Source of the DNA: Fistulifera solaris
Lineage: Eukaryota
Direction of reading: 5' to 3'
Length of the DNA stretch: 64,000 nt
Assembly (NCBI GenBank): GCA_030295235.1
Contig: AP026123.1
Coordinates: forward strand, 1,178,001-1,242,000
Positions 25,767 through 38,737 of the stretch are shown here, piece after piece. Below the pieces are notes generated by a model. That model saw only the letters and a program-made list of their open reading frames with translations. It was not told the origin of the DNA and searched no databases. The translations under genes and the position numbers were made by a program. Position 1 is the first letter of the stretch; each line of letters begins with the position of its first letter.

Positions 25767-26338
25767 CTCTAGAGAAGAGACGCAGGTGCCGACAGGTTTG
25801 TCACAACGCGCGAAAAGACCTGCAGATTGTTATGTCAAAATGAAGGACAACTAAAAGACCAGTATATTGATTTCTACTTATTCTGCTTTTTCTTTAGTAG
25901 CGTTAGCGTAGCAAAGGGGTATCGCTTCAATTGCAGGATCAGAAACGATGCTAAAATGTTATTCACTGGAAGAATGGTCGACGATCGCGCTCAAAGACAT
26001 TTTCATTGCACCATGGTCGTTTTTTATCGTGCAACGAGGTGCGGCGGCGGGAATGTCGCAACGTGAGCGAGCATTCAAAAATTACGACTCTATATAACAA
26101 AGTGTAGTCTCGTTTTCTTTCTCTTCAATTCAACGCACATCCCTATTCCTAATGCGAGGCAAAATGAGTTATTGATGCCGCCAATTACACGAGCAAAAAC
26201 ACGAGAGACACAACAAAAACACAACGGATACTCCCTTGCAACTAAATAGTCTAACAACCTTACAACAATCGGAACAAACTTACGATTCGATCGAACTTGC
26301 TTATCAAACTTCAAACTATCCTTCACCCGGCAGAAGTC

Positions 26339-29129
26339 ATGTGGGGGTCTCCAGAGGTTCGTAAAGAAAACTGCGCCTTTCCTAGTCGCATTTTGCCTGT
26401 GATTTTCTCACGATCAAGTTCATGTATGCTCGTTTCCTTCTTTTACCGCTGGTTTACACATATTAACACATAACAGAGAGCTATTCGCTTGGAAGATTCG
26501 GATCATTTAGCAGTACTGCTATTTCAAATATCCGGTCCGTCGCATATACCGTGGAAAGACCAGCGATGGCAAGAATTGTTGCACGGCTATGACGTTTGGG
26601 TGCACGTCGAGCAACGCCAGGGAGGACCCTTGGAACGCGCCGGTCAGGCACTCGCGCAACATGCTCCTCGATCGTCCAATTTGGCGGCACTGGCGCTGCA
26701 CGTGACGCGGATGGTGGATGCCATTTTGCCGAATACAGAACAGGCTTTTTCCGATCGCATTGCCATGGTCGGCCGCGCTCGAGCGACGGCGGGGACTTTG
26801 AATCTATTTCGTATTTTAACACACGCGGTGATTGCGAATCAACCGTCTATTGATTCGCCGGAATATTTGAGTCAGTGTTTTTCGTATCGAAACCGAGACA
26901 ACAATCACGAGCAGAACACCGCCCCGGATCTTCTCTCGGCACTCTTACGATTTCTCACACAATGCTCGGCTGCAATGAAAGACATTCCGGAAATATATGA
27001 TACTACGGCATTAGTACTTGACTGGCTGCTTGTTGCTTTGTCGACACAGTTGTACAAACCCATGATCAGTAGTTTTCAGCGAAAAAATGGAGGCAGTGAT
27101 TTGTTTTGGACATTGCTCATGCAACAGGCTCGCTTACACGCCACACTTCCGAAAACCGACGCATCCTGGACACCAAGAGAGCTAGTTTCTTGCTTAATGC
27201 AGTTTCAACTCGATCGGTTGGCAGCGCCAGCCCGGTCCATTCAAGAGCACAATTCGAGTCTCGCGAAACAAGTTGCCGCAGCCAAAGGAGAGAAATGTGG
27301 ACCCGACGGACTCTATGAAACTCATTTGATTGTGACGGCTAGCTCCAAATCGACGACCAAAGTGATTGAGTCCGCCTCGTCGACGAATACATCACGCGCT
27401 CTTGCCAGATACCAGTCCCGAAGTTCGGCTAATGTATTTATTGATGCCACCAAAGGAGCTTTGGTCCTCTCGAGTACTATAATCTTACTACCATTTCGTC
27501 TTGTGACACTGGCGCTGGGACTTTTACGACGCGGGGATAAGGATACGATCAGTTGCACAAGACGCAACTGCAGTCGTCCTTTTGAGATCCAGGAGGACGA
27601 ATGATGTCCTGTGGCTAACTGAAGCCCCGTAGCTGATCTTGCCGGTAGCTTTTTGCTCTTAGTCCTCAACAATGAACGTGCCGGAAGCAACGCATTCCGA
27701 AATGAGCTAGCTTCCTTGTCCGACAACCGATGGGAAGGCGACACCGATCTGAATGGAGGATTGCCGGATCTTCCGAATTTAGGAGATGAAATGGCACCAC
27801 TCGTGACGGAGGGAACATCGTTATCATCCCGCGTGACGCATGACGAAAATGCCTTCTTGATGGATTTCGAACGGATTTTCGCCTCATTTGGGACGACAGT
27901 TCATAATGAAGTAGGTGCTTTGCTTCTGTACACAATACTTCAGGCGTCACCCAAATTCTCGGAAGCGATCGCCGTTCGATCGGATTTGGACACCGTTGTC
28001 CTACCTTTGCTGAGGACACTGTATCTTTCTAGTTCAACTCGTTTTTACACAACAAGCACCAGCAGCAGAGGGAAGGATGGCGAAGCCGCTAAGAAGCTCA
28101 ACATACGGAACTGTCCTTTTCGTTCGCAGTCACAACTCTATGTCATGATCATCTTGCTCCTTCTCTTTTCTCAAGATACTTCTTTTGGGGCTGACGCTTT
28201 TCGACGAATTTCGATACAATCTATTCCGTGGTACAAAGAACGAAATTTAAAGACAATCAGTTTGGGATCAATGATTGTTTTGTCAATGCTCAGGTCTCTG
28301 ACATTCAACTTGAATCGCTTACAAGATCCATTTCTTTTGAGTAACTGCTGCGCTGTACTCTTGAATCTGGCGCCTTCAGTTGTTGAGTTGCACGATTACG
28401 CTGCGATGAGATTGTCAGCTGTCACTGTAGCCTGCATCAAACGATACGCAGAGTTGGTGGTTGAACATCCGAACGATGACGAGGAAGACTTATCATCGCC
28501 AAGAGCCATGAATGGAGAAGTCGCACGAACGCTGCTGCAAGTTATCAAACATTGCGTCGGTTCGAAAAATATTGATCGTAACCTGCATCTCATTTATGCT
28601 CTAGTTTACCATCAAACTGATTTCAAAAAGGTATTCACATCGAATGGTAAGAAATCAAATCATCCTGGCAAACCGATTGAAAGCTGATTTCTGACTCTTT
28701 CCAAAAATTACATCCACTTCAGTCTGCCCATTTCGTAAATCAGAGTATTCATCGATTCAGAAGGTAATTGACGCCGCTAAAAGAATCATTGATGAAGGAG
28801 ACGACGCTAGAACAGCTGCCAAAGCATTAAAAGTGCTATTAGATCATGCAGAAACGCTAAAGCAAGTGGCGACCGATGCAAAAAAGCGTTCGAGTACCGA
28901 AGATTTGTTCACCTACGAAGAAGAATCCGATCCGGAAGTGTTTTTCGTGCCTTATGTGTGGGAAATAATTGTATCAGTGGTGACGTCGAGCTCGATCGAA
29001 TGGGATACTGACAAAATCAAAGTATTTGCCTTGTTGGACGATTCATTTGAGGAGCTTCCTGTCGGCCTTATGGATGGGCATCAGCACGATACGACTAAGT
29101 TTTCGATGGATGTTTCAGATGTGGTCTAA
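26339..29129 (+). CDS. DYM: Dymeclin
   Basis: IILLLLFSQDTSF, WYKERNLKTISLGS, LQDPFLLSNCCAVLLNL, NLHLIYALVY, FTYEEESDPEVFFVPYVW. Introns ~26423-26478 and ~28647-28722; frameshift near 27535. Start uncertain. Confidence 0.85.
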
Positions 29130-29329
29130 CGTGGAAACGTTTAATTACCTTGAATACCACCGACGACTCCGTCTTAAATTTTGCTCCGTTGAGGTTTACG
29201 TAAATTCAGTAGACATGCGAAATTTTGCATCCTTTTCTTTTCCACCTTTCGAGCAGGAAATGATATCAAGTCTCAGTTATTGGTACCCGTGCCAAGTTTG
29301 TCCTTGAAAAAGTGTCTATGTTGGTCAAG

Positions 29330-29930
29330 GAGATGTTGGTAAGAGTTTTGTTGACACGCCGAAATGAAAATTATTAAAATGGTAAAGTAGTTGTGGTCGA
29401 CTCTAGAAAATACCCGGCCCCCCTACGTTGACAAATTGCTTATGGTGCCTACGTAAAATTCTCGGAGACGTTCGAAGCTTTGGAACTCTTGACCTCCCCC
29501 TTGTTTTAAGTTAACGTTGATAATTGTGATTTGGGACAAGTAAAAATTGGATACTTAGCTGGAAGTTAAATTATCCGTTTGAGCATTCCCGAAAACAGGT
29601 GCAGTTACGATTGTGAAATATCCGGGCACCCCCTCCGTCGATAAATTTCCCTACGAGGCCGACGTGGTTTTCTACGTAGATCCTGGAAGCACTGCATCAC
29701 ACCTGTCTTCTGGTTAATCAATTCTAAAATGGGTGTGAAATATTGGCTGAAAGCACGATTATGACATGTTGGTATTAGTTCCGATGAAATTTCGTTGCAA
29801 ACCCACCCGAAAATGGGTGCGGAAATTAAATTGTAATGTCCGGAAACCCCTAGTCTACATCGATAAATTTCCTAAGGCGCCTACGTGAATTTCTCGTAGA
29901 CATTCGAAGCGTTGCAACTCTTGTGCTTCA
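29330..29930. repeat. Degenerate tandem array (~3 units, ~210-225 bp) of the satellite family also at 33457-34190 (inverted)
   Basis: Cores at ~29410, ~29618 and ~29838 (ATCCGGG..CCCTCCGTCGATAAATTTCCCTACG.GGCC.ACGTGG) match the reverse complement of the 33.5-34.2 kb units. Confidence 0.85.
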
Positions 29931-30009
29931 TTTCTTATCGACGATTGTAATTTCGACAATAGAAATTTCCATGATGTTGGTGAAATGTTCGAACGAAAAA
30001 AGCTCTAGT

Positions 30010-30875
30010 TACAATGATAGATCTAAAGCTGATTATGCTCTCACGACCTTGGAATTGCGATCAGCCGGCAATTTGTCTTCGAGTCCTGACCCTCATGTTT
30101 TTACTATCATCCAAACAGTTGGTTGCACCAATCCACGACTGGATTTCAGCCATGAGACTGCATCGATCCTTTTGTCCATGCAGCCTGCAGCGCGAATTTT
30201 TTATCTTTTTCGCGTTTGATTATAGTTTCATTACAATAATAGATCTAAAGCATGCTCTCACCTTAGAATTTCGCGCAATTGCGATTTCAGCCGGCAATTT
30301 GTCTTCGAGTCCTGACCCTCATGTTTTACTATCATCCAAACAGTTGCTTGCACCAATCCACGACTGGATTTCAGCCATGAGACTGCATCGATCCTTTTGT
30401 CCATGCAGCCTGCAGCGCGAATTTTTTATCTTTTTCGCGTTTGATTATAGTTTCATTACAATAATAGACCTAAAGCATGCTCTCACCTTAGAATTTCGCG
30501 CAATTGCGATTTCAGCCGGCAATTTGTCTTCGAGTCCTGACCCTCATGTTTTACTATCATCCAAACAGTTGCTTGCACCAATCCACGACTGGATTTCAGC
30601 CATGAGACTGCATCGATCCTTTTGTCCATGCAGCCTGCAGCGCGAATTTTTTATCTTTTTCGCGTTTGATTATAGTTTCATTACAATAATAGATCTAAAG
30701 CATGCTCTCACCTTAGAATTTCGCGCAATTGCGATTTCAGCCGGCAATTTGTCTTCGAGTCCTGACCCTCATGTTTTACTATCATCCAAACAGTTGCTTG
30801 CACCAATCCACGACTGGATTTCAGCCATGAGACTGGATCGATCCTTTTGTCCATGCAGCCTACAGCACGAATTCT
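30010..30875. repeat. Near-perfect 225-bp tandem repeat, ~3.8 copies
   Basis: CCGGCAATTTGTCTTCGAGTCCTGACCC recurs at 30065, 30291, 30516 and 30741. Confidence 0.97.
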
Positions 30876-31246
30876 TTCTCTTTTCGGCGCCACTAGCGCT
30901 GAATCAATCCACAATGGTTGATACTACATAGTAATCACATTTCTTAGAAAGTTGTCAAAGGCTCGATTTTTGAAAAATAGCGATACTTGTAAGGACCGAA
31001 AAAAGCCCACAGTACTACGACCTCTTACTATCGGATCGGTATTCATTCGACTCAACCAAGCTTGATTGTGCTGCGTTTAACCTTACTGTCGAAAATAACG
31101 TTGCTGCGCCGCACCGCAGTTTTTCTTTTGATTGACGAGCAATACCAGTCATTACTTCGTATTTCGAAAGGACGGACTTGGAAGAATAATCAAAAAGGTG
31201 AACAGTTTTCATTTATATCGAGTAAAGCAAACTTAAAAGGTTAAAG

Positions 31247-31871
31247 ATGAGCGACTCCTACAATCATGAACGCTTCATGAAAAGCTGCGCCTCTCGTGCG
31301 TGGAGTTCAATGGTAAATTGGTTTCAACGTCTCGATTCATTTCAAAACAGCTAGGAAAGGTGTGTTTCTCATTATTTATGTTTTCAAAATACAGATAGAA
31401 GGAGGAGCCCTGGGATTTTGCGTCGGAACCGCAATGATGGCGTGGTATCCGGACCCGGTTCATTACGACATTAAAAATACGGTGGTGGCCCGAAACATCG
31501 GATTGAAGACCGCCCTACGCACCATGAGAGGCCCCATCTTGTGGAGTGCGTTAGTGTGCGGTACCTTCAGTGGCGTGGAATGTATTATGGAACAGTTGCG
31601 TGACGAAACGCATGCTTCCACGTGGGTCAATTCCACGGTCGCGGGCGGTGTAGCCGGCATGGTGCTCGGCAGTATGTCGCGACGCGTCGATGTCATGGCG
31701 GCTTCGGCCTTGGGAGTTGGAATGTTGACGGGTATGGTCGACTTTAATGGCAGTCGCTTTGCTACTACACCCAAGAGAGTGACCGGATTGGAGAGTGCCG
31801 CGATACGAAAACAGGAACAGATGGCAGTGGATGCACTCAAAGAAAAGTACCCGGAATTTAAAGGCCTCTAA
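31247..31871 (+). CDS. Tim17/Tim22/Tim23-family mitochondrial inner-membrane protein
   Basis: Exon 1 MSDSYNHERFMKSCASRAWSSM, intron 31313-31395, then GGALGFCVG, GTFSGVECIMEQLRD and NSTVAGGVAGMVLG (GxxxG helices). Confidence 0.8.
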
Positions 31872-32023
31872 ACTCTTATTGCAATACCTATTACTTTACG
31901 CATTCATTTCGTATTTTCAAACGGTCTCATGCTCTTCCGGACGGTTTGGTAGGAGTTCGTTGCTGTCACAAGGACAAGATCGAATTGACAAAAATGTGAG
32001 TTATAGGCTTATACAGTTTCGCT

Positions 32024-33315
32024 TTAATCTGATTGCTTCTCTTCGACATCATTGTCTTCGTCATCATCAAGGATAATCCGTTTGACCTCATTTTGCATAA
32101 GATCCGCCAACAATTGGTAACCTTTCACGGAGGGATGCACGAAATCTGTCATGAGCTCTTGCATTAAATGCAATGACTGTTGTTTGTGATATTGATTTCC
32201 CATACTGCCAATAAAAAGATGTGAAGCATCGAAATAAATCATTTGTGTGTGATTCGTGCAGAAATCTTCCAGTTCCTTGTTCACAGCTTCGATCGAGGGC
32301 CAGAAGTGATAACGCTTCTTGGCCTTTTCAACAGATTTGGCTTTGGAGCCAAAGAATCGGGATGTTGACGATTCAGTGAGCACCCCATCGTGCGTCGAGA
32401 AAGGTAGCATGCCCATGATGACCACAACTGCATCTGGATCGTGCCATGAAAGATATTCCGCGGTATTCAGAATGCCAAGAACGGTGGCTTCTTCGGAGCA
32501 ATATCCTTGTCGCAGATCATTGCTACCGGCCCAAAGCCAATAGATGCTCGCCGAAAGGTATTTGGGAAGCTCTCCGTGCTGAAGACGCCATAGAATATTC
32601 GAAGTCTAGTCCAAGATTGTGAGACGAATCACAGAATCGCCAATGTCGCTCAATATACACTGAATGACCCAGAGCCTACGACGCGCAATTGTTGACTCAC
32701 CTGATCCCCCGCTATCCCTAAATACAAGACATCCCAGCCAAAATCCCCCGCTTCAAACGTGTTTTTGAATACACTGCCTACTTGTTGACTTTCACCATTG
32801 GACATTCCTAGTTGTTTTCCGCCCATTTTCTCGACCATTTCGTCACCGACAAAAACGACATCAAACGGTTTGTACGAACTCTGTTTCGCGACGGCATCTT
32901 CCACATACTTTTTGTTGGCTTCATGCGCTTTTAACCATCCATTGAGATGCGAGTTGCTCTCCGGCTCGGTAAAATCAAGACAAGTACATTGGTCATCGCC
33001 GCCCCACAAACACCAGTGATCAATTTGCGATGCCTGAAACGAGTAATGCTTGGAAATGTGTGCGTAATCGTGTTGCAGCCGATTTCTCATGACCGGTCGT
33101 CGGAAATTGGGTACCAGAAACGACATGATGACACCGATGATGCAAAAGAAAAGAAATGCGGTGATTTTGGGATAATACTCCATGTAGAGTTTAATGAGTG
33201 TCCACAATTGCTGCACGAGGATTGACAAAGAGGGTTTGCTCCGCGGGGCGGCGGGGCGTAAGCTTTCCATTTCCATGGGCTGTGCCGCATTGTTGCGTTC
33301 TCCTAGTGGCACCAT
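32024..33315 (-). CDS. Type II membrane SGNH hydrolase-fold protein (PAF-AH Ib-like)
   Basis: TM helix, then VVFVGDE, LGIAGDQ/TSNILWRLQHGE (intron ~32606-32700), GSND and DFVHP. Confidence 0.8.
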
Positions 33316-33456
33316 TGTTGAAAATTAAGCGTGCGGTTTGATGGTGATAATAACAAGAATTTGAATAGACGATACACAGAGGTGCGAATGATAAGCTCGA
33401 ATATTTTTTTGCTTTCGGTCATCCGTGGCGTTTGGCGTGTGTCCCGCGTCCGCCGC

Positions 33457-34190
33457 ACTCGTAATGAATGTTTACGCGTAGAACCCACGTAGGCCTCCGT
33501 AGGGAAATTTATCGACAGAGGGAGAACCCGGATATGGAAAATTTTGAATGCATCGATTTTCGGGTGTCAATGGCAGCTTCATCATGAATATCACCGCCAA
33601 AGGCGTTTTTGCGTTTTTTAAAACTTTAAGGAAGTGCTATTAGGGCCGAAACATCCAAAAGGATCATTGATGCAACGCTCGTAATGTCTTCGCGTAGAAC
33701 CCACGCAGGCCTCCGTAGGGAAATTTATCGACAGAGGGAGAACCCGGATATGGAAAAATTTTGAATGCATCGATTTTCGGGTGTCAATGGCAGCTTCATC
33801 ATGATTATCACCGCCAACGGTGTTGTTGCGTTTCTTAAAACTTTAAGGAAGTGCTATTAGGGCCGAAACATGCAAAGGATCATTGATGCAACGCTCGTAG
33901 TGTCTTCGCGTAGACCCCACGTAGGCCTCCGTATGAAAATTTATCGACAGAGGGAGAACCCGGATATGGGAAAATTTTGAATGCATCGATTTTCGGGTGT
34001 CAATGGCAGCTTCATCATGATTATCACCGCCATCGGTGTTGTTGCGTTCCTTAAAACTTTAAGGAAGTGCTATTAGGGCCGAAACATCCAAAACGAGCAT
34101 CGATACAACGCTCGGAATGTCTACGCGTAGAACCCACGTAGGCCTCCGTAGGGAAATTTATCGGCTGAGGGAGAACCCGGATATGGAACA
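33457..34190. repeat. 216-217-bp tandem repeat, ~3.3 copies
   Basis: CGCGTAGAACCCACGTAGGCCTCCGTAGGGAAATTTATCG (with a few substitutions) starts at 33475, 33691, 33907 and 34124. Confidence 0.97.
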
Positions 34191-34374
34191 TGATGTGACT
34201 GAGCTAATGCCGATTAAACAAACGAAGGTTACTTTGTATCCGACTGCAATTAACGCTTCGCAGAACTAAAAAGGCAGAATTATTGTGATATATCGTGGAG
34301 TATGCCGCGTGCTAGGAGTTTTGTTGCTGATTATAGATTGAGTTTCAAACGCGCCGAGTAATCATGAACGGCCG

Positions 34375-34752
34375 TTAGTTAACAAGGAACATTCCTTTTG
34401 GGAGGAAATGGAAAAAGTCATCCAAGATGAGAGTGGAAGGAACCGCAATGAGCAAGGCAGCCCACCAGTCCATCACCAAATTCGTGTTGGCCAACATAGC
34501 CGGACCTTTCCATTTCACTTCTCGAATCTCTCCCGTATTCATATCTTTAACGATAGAGCCTTGAGAAACGGATGGAGATGGAGCTTTCACTTCGGGTTCA
34601 TCCATGGTGGCCAGTGGCGCGGGTTTCTCGTCGTCTTTGGAGAACATAAACTGCTGTGTCGAAGTCGCTACTTTTGTAACGCCAAAGCGACAGGAGGTGG
34701 GAGTAAAGGCAGAAACTACCGATACTAACAAAAGAAAGCGGAATAGATGCAT
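34375..34752 (-). CDS. Small plastid-targeted membrane protein
   Basis: Signal peptide ending VVSA-FTP (ASAFAP-type), transit-like segment, C-terminal hydrophobic helix followed by DDFFHFLP. Confidence 0.7.
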   Translation of the reverse strand: MHLFRFLLLVSVVSAFTPTSCRFGVTKVATSTQQFMFSKDDEKPAPLATMDEPEVKAPSPSVSQGSIVKDMNTGEIREVKWKGPAMLANTNLVMDWWAALLIAVPSTLILDDFFHFLPKGMFLVN

Positions 34753-35185
34753 TTTAATCTATTGAGTGATTTTCCAGAAAGACGATGAGAAGTAAAGAAA
34801 AAGTGTGTGCAACAAAAGATCCGCCGATGCGCGTGTCTTTTCAATGCACCGATAAGTTCAACTTGAAGCCATCGTCCATCGTCGTCCGTTTGTTGGTCGT
34901 GCGACGTCATGAGATGGCTACGGACGCCAGATGGACAAAAAAGTAATCTTCTTTTGCATCATAGTAAATAGTAGGCCTAACCTTATTGTAAAAATGTTTT
35001 TTTGTCGTCGCTCGCCGCGCATCTTTAATTGCAATCCATTCTTTGTGACCTGTATACAAGATTACCTAAAACTATCTTTCAATTTCCATTCTTGAATTAC
35101 AGCCAACTCATTCCTTACACGCACAGTAGCACTATGTTTTAGAGGGTCGATGATTCGGGCAGCATAGCGGTAGCTCATGTTTGCG

Positions 35186-36393
35186 ATGCGCATCTCCATT
35201 GCAGCATGGAATCTTTGTCTCTTCTTCGCATTCTTCGCAAATTATCGATCCTTTCGCTTTTGTCACTCCTGGACTTCCCCGTACCGTTACACGAGAAAGA
35301 TTGTTGAGAGGAAAGCAAGTCGCCAAGCATGGATGGACGCTTCTACGACGGTCGTGACACAGCCCCTTTCATCAAATCTCTCGATTACGTCCCCACGAGC
35401 ATGGTTAGAATCTATGCCTTCCGGAGCCTATACTGTTCTACGCTGCGATGTCATCCACACTGTCGGATCGCCGACTATCAAAATATGGGGAAGAGACTTT
35501 CATCTGCAGAGGTTAGAGCAATCCTTTCGAGCACTCCTGACAATAGACGACGACAAAAAGGTTCAGAAAATATCAATGCTACGACTTCTGAGGCTATCCA
35601 GCAATCCGATCGAGTGATACAAGCTTTGATATCTTGCTATGAACAGCAACTTCCGAGTGAAATAGCAAATTCAAGTCGCCTGCTATGCGATTCATACATG
35701 CTGACTCTACTATGGATTCAAGACGACGCAGCACTGCATGTGAGAGGTCATATAACACCCTATCAAACTGCTTGGGATCCAAAAGAATATAATCCTTCTT
35801 CATGGAAATCCGTTCTAGCCCACGACCCAACTTTAACACTGCCGTCTCGAAAGGAACATTGTCCAGAAGCGAAATTATCGTCTTGGTGCCATTTAAGAAA
35901 GCCTCTTGAAATGCATTTCAAAGTCCCTCATGCTGCAGATGAAGTATTTCTTCTGGACTACAAAAGTAGAGCTACGAAGTCGCGCGATTTGAATAAAACG
36001 TTGGAATTGTCCAATGTCGGAATTCTGGAAGGTTTGACCAGTAATGTTTTTGTTGTCCATCAAGACGGGACTCTGTACACGGCCCCCGATCATACAGTGT
36101 TGGGAGGCTACGCACGACAATTGGTGATGGAAAGTGCCATTCGTTTAGGAATGAACGTAACTTCCTCACAGCCAATCAGTTTGGCGGATGCAGCCTCGTG
36201 GACCGAAGTTTTTGTGACATCTGCGATCAAACTGATTACCCCCATTGAGTCGATTATAATTCCACAACATGACAACAACTCCCAATCCAGTGCAAGTGGA
36301 TTCCTGTGGTCGCAGCTGGCTTGTACGACAAATCAGCGTGTATGGAGAACCATATACAACGACATTCTGTCCCACCAACTCAATAGCAAGTAG
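35186..36393 (+). CDS. Aminotransferase class IV (ADC lyase/BCAT/DAAT-like)
   Basis: GAYTVLR, FHLQRL, EAKLS, DEVFLL, ILEGLTSNVF, VLGGYARQ, EVFVTSA; frameshift near 35560; signal-like N-terminus. Confidence 0.8.
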
Positions 36394-36418
36394 ATCTAAC
36401 ATTTCGAAAAACGCATCT

Positions 36419-38057
36419 TTACGAATCTTGATTATCTTCTTCCACCAATTGGTTGTCTTCGCCTTCAGCAACAACGTCGCCATCATCAAGCTGCGCCAAA
36501 TCACGTTCTAAATTCAACAGCTCCGCCGCAAGTTCCGGGTCGTTGGCAAGCTCCGCTTCAAAATCGGCATCTACATCCTCCCCCTCTTCATCGACTTGTT
36601 CTTCATTTATGTCATCGAAGAATCCCATTCGTCCAGCTGTCTCCTCCAACTCTTTCTGCTTTCTTCCTTCCTTGTACCTTTTGCGGCGTTCACGTTTCTT
36701 GGTCATGCGCTTCTGACCCTCTTGTTCGTCCACACCGACGGCGGCCGTCTCCTTGTTACGAGGAGCTTTCTTGACCAGTACCACATCCGGCAAAGTGAAT
36801 CCCCCGTGAAGCTGCTCTTGCATTTCCCAATCATCCGTTCCGACGGAGTTGACGAGATCATAACCCAAGACAACGTCACCCGCCGCAATCCAGTGTCCCA
36901 AATGTGTCACACAGGCGAACATCTCATCGTTGACTCCAAAATCCGATTCGCGCGCGACCGTCACATCCGCCAAGGCATACTTTTCAACACCACTATGGGG
37001 TCCTTCGTACAGCTGTCCACTCGGGGCCTGTTCATCGCACAATTCGACATCTAGTACCACGAACCGAACCAGCCGATGTCCAGCTTGCAACATTTGATAG
37101 TGCTTTTCGGTTTTGTAATACTGATCGGCCGACAACTCCATCATGCTATCGGAAACGTGCGTTCGTTTCGGTGAAGCACCAACAAATTGAATGGTGGAAG
37201 ATACTTTCGTGACAATGGCGAGACTCCCAGCCAATTTGGAACCCGCGGCTTTTCGATGAATCAAGACTAAATCATCCCGACACAGTGGTACCATCTGCGC
37301 CATGAAGGTCGTCTTCATATTGGCAGTGTTACTGTGATTGTCGGCCGATACCATCTTGGTCGTTCGTTGAATCCGCATGGCCGCCACGCGTTGTAAAAAA
37401 ATTCGTAAATGTTTGTGCATGCGTATTGGATAGGAAGTAAAAATCAAAACCATTCTTCTTGGTATCGACTTTGAGTACGTGTTGTCGAATGGTCTTGTTT
37501 TTGGCGAGTGCCATTTCCAACGCCGCCAATCCCTTTTTGCTGTCATTCCGTACTTGCCGCACTTGCACCAACGCATGCCACGTCCGATTGGTAAAATCAC
37601 GATTGCATTCGGGGCACATTTGAAACTGCACATGCAATTCGACCATGACACGCTGCTGTACGACCACGGACAACAATTCGGTACGCACCGTCAATCGAAC
37701 TTTGAGACGCATACAATGCGGTTCGGTCCAGATCCACGAGGCATCCACTAACTGTAAGTCGTGTTGATTCAATGCCGGAATGTGTTTTAAACAAATCGAC
37801 AAAAGTTCCGGTGACTCGTGTTCCGCAAACTCGTAACGCGTCGGTGTCCGCGCAAATCTTCGACAATTGCGACATTGATGAATGACAATATGCTTTTGCC
37901 CCGCTGGTCCCCGTTGCAATCGTTCCGTAAGATTGAATTCTTGTGCCAAACACGTCGGACATTGATTGGCGGCATTCGGCAGTATCATGGTTCCGCAGAC
38001 ACAACAAGGAATTTGAACACTGGTCAGTACGGGGGGAGTCGTTGCGGTAGGTGACAT
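36419..38057 (-). CDS. NMD3: 60S ribosomal export adaptor NMD3
   Basis: CCVCG...ANQCPTCL, CRNC, ESPELLSICLK, WIWTEPH..RLKVRLTV, CPEC...WHALVQVRQ, GFDFYF, VPLCRDDLV, THLG; frameshift at the A-run near 37395. Confidence 0.93.
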
Positions 38058-38737
38058 GTTTGTTTTCGATATGAGTTCGTTTGCTTGTGTCTTACAACAA
38101 TGAGCTTCGCCTCTTACTTTAGAATTTGGTAAAGCTAACTATTTCAAGAGGGATAGATAAGCACGAAGAATGGACTATTACAAAAGAAAATGGGGCGATC
38201 TTTTGTTTTTTGTGATTGACAACAACACGCTTATTTATTTGGAGGGAAAATTTTTGATGTGGCGTCTGACCATCGCCCTTGAAGTTTCTTACTTGTTCGA
38301 AAGGGTTCGAAATAAAGAATGCGAACTCTTTGTTGCGCCAACGTCTTTGCTTCATCCGTTGATGTCTCGGCAACCACACTTCTTCGCTTCGCTTTTCTGG
38401 GTTCATGGATGACGTGGCCAAGTGTCTTGAATGCCGTTTAATCTCTTCATTTCATAGTAGTTTCTGTCGCAGCATGTTTTGTTTCTTACAGTCTATAAGC
38501 CGCTCCGACACGAAACTAGATGGAGAATGCTCGAGAAAGTACTCGCCTTCCTTACAATGTTCGTTTAGTGTTGTTTGCGAACTTCCGGAAGAATTTTGAG
38601 AAGTTTTCTGCTCGATCTTCTCCCACGAGAGGATCGTGTGTCCACCGATCGCCCACATTCGTTCATCAAGCCATCTCACAATCACACCCTTTCTCATTAA
38701 CTCGCTTTCCTAAGCCTTTGATTCACTCTTGTATAAC

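Noticed and set aside
29330..29930. CRISPR-like repeat-spacer array
   Set aside because: The 'spacers' are ~150 bp and show residual homology to the 216-bp unit, so this is a decayed tandem repeat.
30014..30931. 305-aa repeat ORF as a real protein
   Set aside because: Explained by a 225-bp (multiple of 3) DNA repeat; no recognisable motif, and the first unit is out of register.
38520..38620. HSE-like GAA/TTC array upstream of GSII
   Set aside because: No clean run of three alternating nGAAn units; too degenerate to call.
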